Shown here piece after piece: positions 61,994 to 64,000 of a stretch of DNA of 64,000 nt (position 1 is the stretch's first letter; every line of letters begins with the position of its first letter). Source of the DNA: an uncultured Chloroflexia bacterium (GTDB lineage: Bacteria > Chloroflexota > Dehalococcoidia > GIF9 > UBA5629). Where the stretch lies: assembly GCA_963827985.1 (NCBI GenBank), contig CAWHDI010000040.1, positions 16,682 through 80,681 of the forward strand, given 5' to 3'. Below the pieces are notes generated by a model, which saw only the letters and a program-made list of their open reading frames with translations, was not told the DNA's origin and made no database searches. Both the position numbers and the translations under genes were made by a program.

Positions 61994-63669
61994 CGTTTCA
62001 CCTCCGGCAGCCGTTTATTTATGGGAATATGTGCGGCAAGTTTGTGTAAAATACTTACTGTTCCTGCGGTCTTCTCTATCGCTGCTAAATCTTCGCGGGT
62101 GACGGCTTTTCCCGTCTGGGCCGATAAATATCCCATCAGGACCGCGGCGATTGCGTTTTTCGCCTGCTCGGGAGTAAAATCCGGCTCTCTGTTTTCCAGG
62201 ATGCACTTCGCAAAATACTCATCCTCGCAGCGCATTGAAATGTTGTAGTATGAAGGAAACGGGGCGTGTTCAATGTCCGGTTCGTACCATTGATTTTTAT
62301 TTGCTCCCATTGCATCATGGCTTGAAAAAATGCGGACGGGTTTCTCCCACATGTGATTTTCTACAATTGTCCCCTTGCTTCCGTAAATCTCCAGGCTGTT
62401 AAATGCAGGGGTCACCTGCGTGAAGCTGACCACGACTTCCGCCACAATTCCCTGGCCGAAGCGGGCCATTGCCAGGGCGTTGTCCTCTGCCTTTTCGGGC
62501 AGATTTATTGCCTGTTTGGAAAGTGTCACATAGATGGATTCCACATTATCTTCCAGAATCCATTGGAGAGCCGCGAATTTATGCGCTCCCATGTCCATAA
62601 ATGCCCCGCCGCCGGCCTTGATCGGGTCTCCTTTCCAGAAGTCCGGCTGGCTCAACCCCTCAAGTTCATTTACTCCTTCGTAGGCTCTCACCAGGTTGAC
62701 ATCGCCGATCAATCCCTGCTTGATGGCATCGTGGATATACTGGTGTGCGGGCAAGAAACGGTGGTTTTCTGCGATCATGAATTTTACGCCGGCTTCCTTT
62801 GCTGCCTTTATCATCCGGTCGCAATCTTCGAGTGTTGTCGCCATGGGTTTTTCACACAAAATATGCTTACCCGCCGCGGCAACCCGTGATACCAGGTCGG
62901 CATGGAACGCATGCGGTACCATGATCAGGACAGCATCGATGTCACTCTTGAGAAATTCGTCCAGGTCACTGTAAGCCTGCATCTTATTGGCCTTGTATCT
63001 CCTGGCCACCTTTTCTGCGCGCTTCTGGTTTTTGTCATATACCGCAACAAATTTTAGATATGGTGAGTTGGCACACGCAGGGCCATGGAAATCCCACACG
63101 GATCCCACTCCGATTACACCGAATTTGACGTATTTGCCTTCAGGTTCGCCATCCGCCTTGCGCACCGATTTACCTTTTGCGAGCGGCTCTTCCTGGACGG
63201 TCCCACCTGCGGCTAACGGGGATTGACCGGGCTCTAGATCCAATTCCTCCCGGATCAAGTCAACAAGGGTCCGGAATTTGATTGCGTCAGGCAGATTTCC
63301 GTCGACTTTCAGGTCTCCGTTCATGTACGCCGCGGTGGCATCAACCTGGCCCGTGAAGATTCCCGCGCCCAATTGTGCAGTCATCTCCAGCGTTATGTCG
63401 GGCGTCTTAATATCTCCTGCGCCCATCTCGAATTTGCCGTTCTGGATATTCAGCCATACGTCGGGATAGCCGGAAAATTTAAACTGAAACTTGCGGTTAA
63501 ACCCCGCCACTTCATCCCTGGTTTCATCGATACTATTGGCGACCTGGATAAACAGAGTGAAATAATCCTGGAGGTCGTCCAGGCTGAATGTCCCGCCTTC
63601 AATCCGCTCCAGCATCCTCTGCTTTAAAGCCTCGTCAACTGCCTGCATATTATCTACTTTCCATCCCAT
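61994..63669 (-). CDS. SCP2 sterol-carrier domain fused via a low-complexity linker to a Gfo/Idh/MocA-family NAD(P) oxidoreductase
   Basis: N-terminal SCP2 (GFNRKFQFKFSGYPDVWLNI...AAYMNGDLKVDGNLPDAIKF), Pro/Glu/Gly linker, then GFO_IDH_MocA (KFGVIGVGSVWDFHG...LCEKPMATTLED). The reading frame runs on without a stop into the M24 gene. Confidence 0.6.
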
Positions 63670-64000
63670 AATGACTTACTGCATACCTCCTTCAGATTGA
63701 TATCTCAAACAATGAAAAGAAAGCTACTCAAAATAAATTGGGGGAACGCTAAACAGGCGTATCTTAAGGTCTCTAATATTATTTGTCAATCAGGTATGCC
63801 CGTCCGTTGGATTGGTAGTACGTCACTCATGGGAATGGCACAAGCCGCTATGTTGTTACCACTGCGCAAAACATCGGGATGTTCATCCGGCCATGCATAC
63901 GATTATGCTATGCCATTTTGTATTTTGATCTTGATGGCAAGTGATGAATCCCTGCCCGTGCGGAATGCAATCATGATAAATTGAACATGAGATTGCGCTG

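Noticed and set aside
63697-63984. 95-aa ORF at the window edge
   Set aside because: No RBS and no domain. Too little context to support a call.
1-64000. Search for CRISPR arrays, tRNA or rRNA genes
   Set aside because: I saw no regularly spaced direct repeats with unique spacers. No cloverleaf-like tRNA stretches or rRNA-like conserved segments were recognised in the intergenic regions.

Overview
This ~64 kb window is about 57% GC and comes from an anaerobic bacterium that is very likely a sulfate reducer (possibly a sulfur oxidizer). I could not name the taxon from sequence alone. It carries a complete, co-oriented minus-strand aprB-aprA-qmoA-qmoB-hdrC-hdrB cluster (42.8-49.7 kb). This is the 'Gram-positive type' arrangement in which membrane QmoC is replaced by soluble HdrCB. 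Immediately upstream, in the same orientation, lie a PAPS-reductase-family gene, a sulfatase and an arylsulfotransferase-like gene.

Other content:
- Five MFS transporters; three of them (5071, 8519, 54178) are close paralogs.
- An AtuA/DUF1446 + DUF4387 pair.
- A tandem pair of alkaline-phosphatase-family phosphodiesterases, one heavily degraded.
- A LiaFSR-like envelope-stress module.
- An ABC-2 exporter.
- Two aldehyde-dehydrogenase operons, one an ALDH-Fe-ADH fusion, each preceded by a ~185 bp copy of the same promoter/leader element.
- A RelE/ParE-RHH toxin-antitoxin pair.
- An IS1-type transposase next to a sharply AT-rich (~37% GC) ~2.6 kb island.

That island is the most unusual feature and the best candidate for a previously undescribed system. 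It encodes a HEPN (Rx4H) protein, a proteasome-beta/HslV-like Ntn-hydrolase and an uncharacterised 299-aa partner.

No rRNA, tRNA or CRISPR array was recognised.

The window contains an unusually large number of single-base frameshifts, at least 18 genes. They hit essential or core genes (proS, aprA, qmoB) and sit at homopolymers where I checked. I therefore treat most of them as assembly or homopolymer sequencing errors rather than real pseudogenes. I merged split ORFs into single gene calls.
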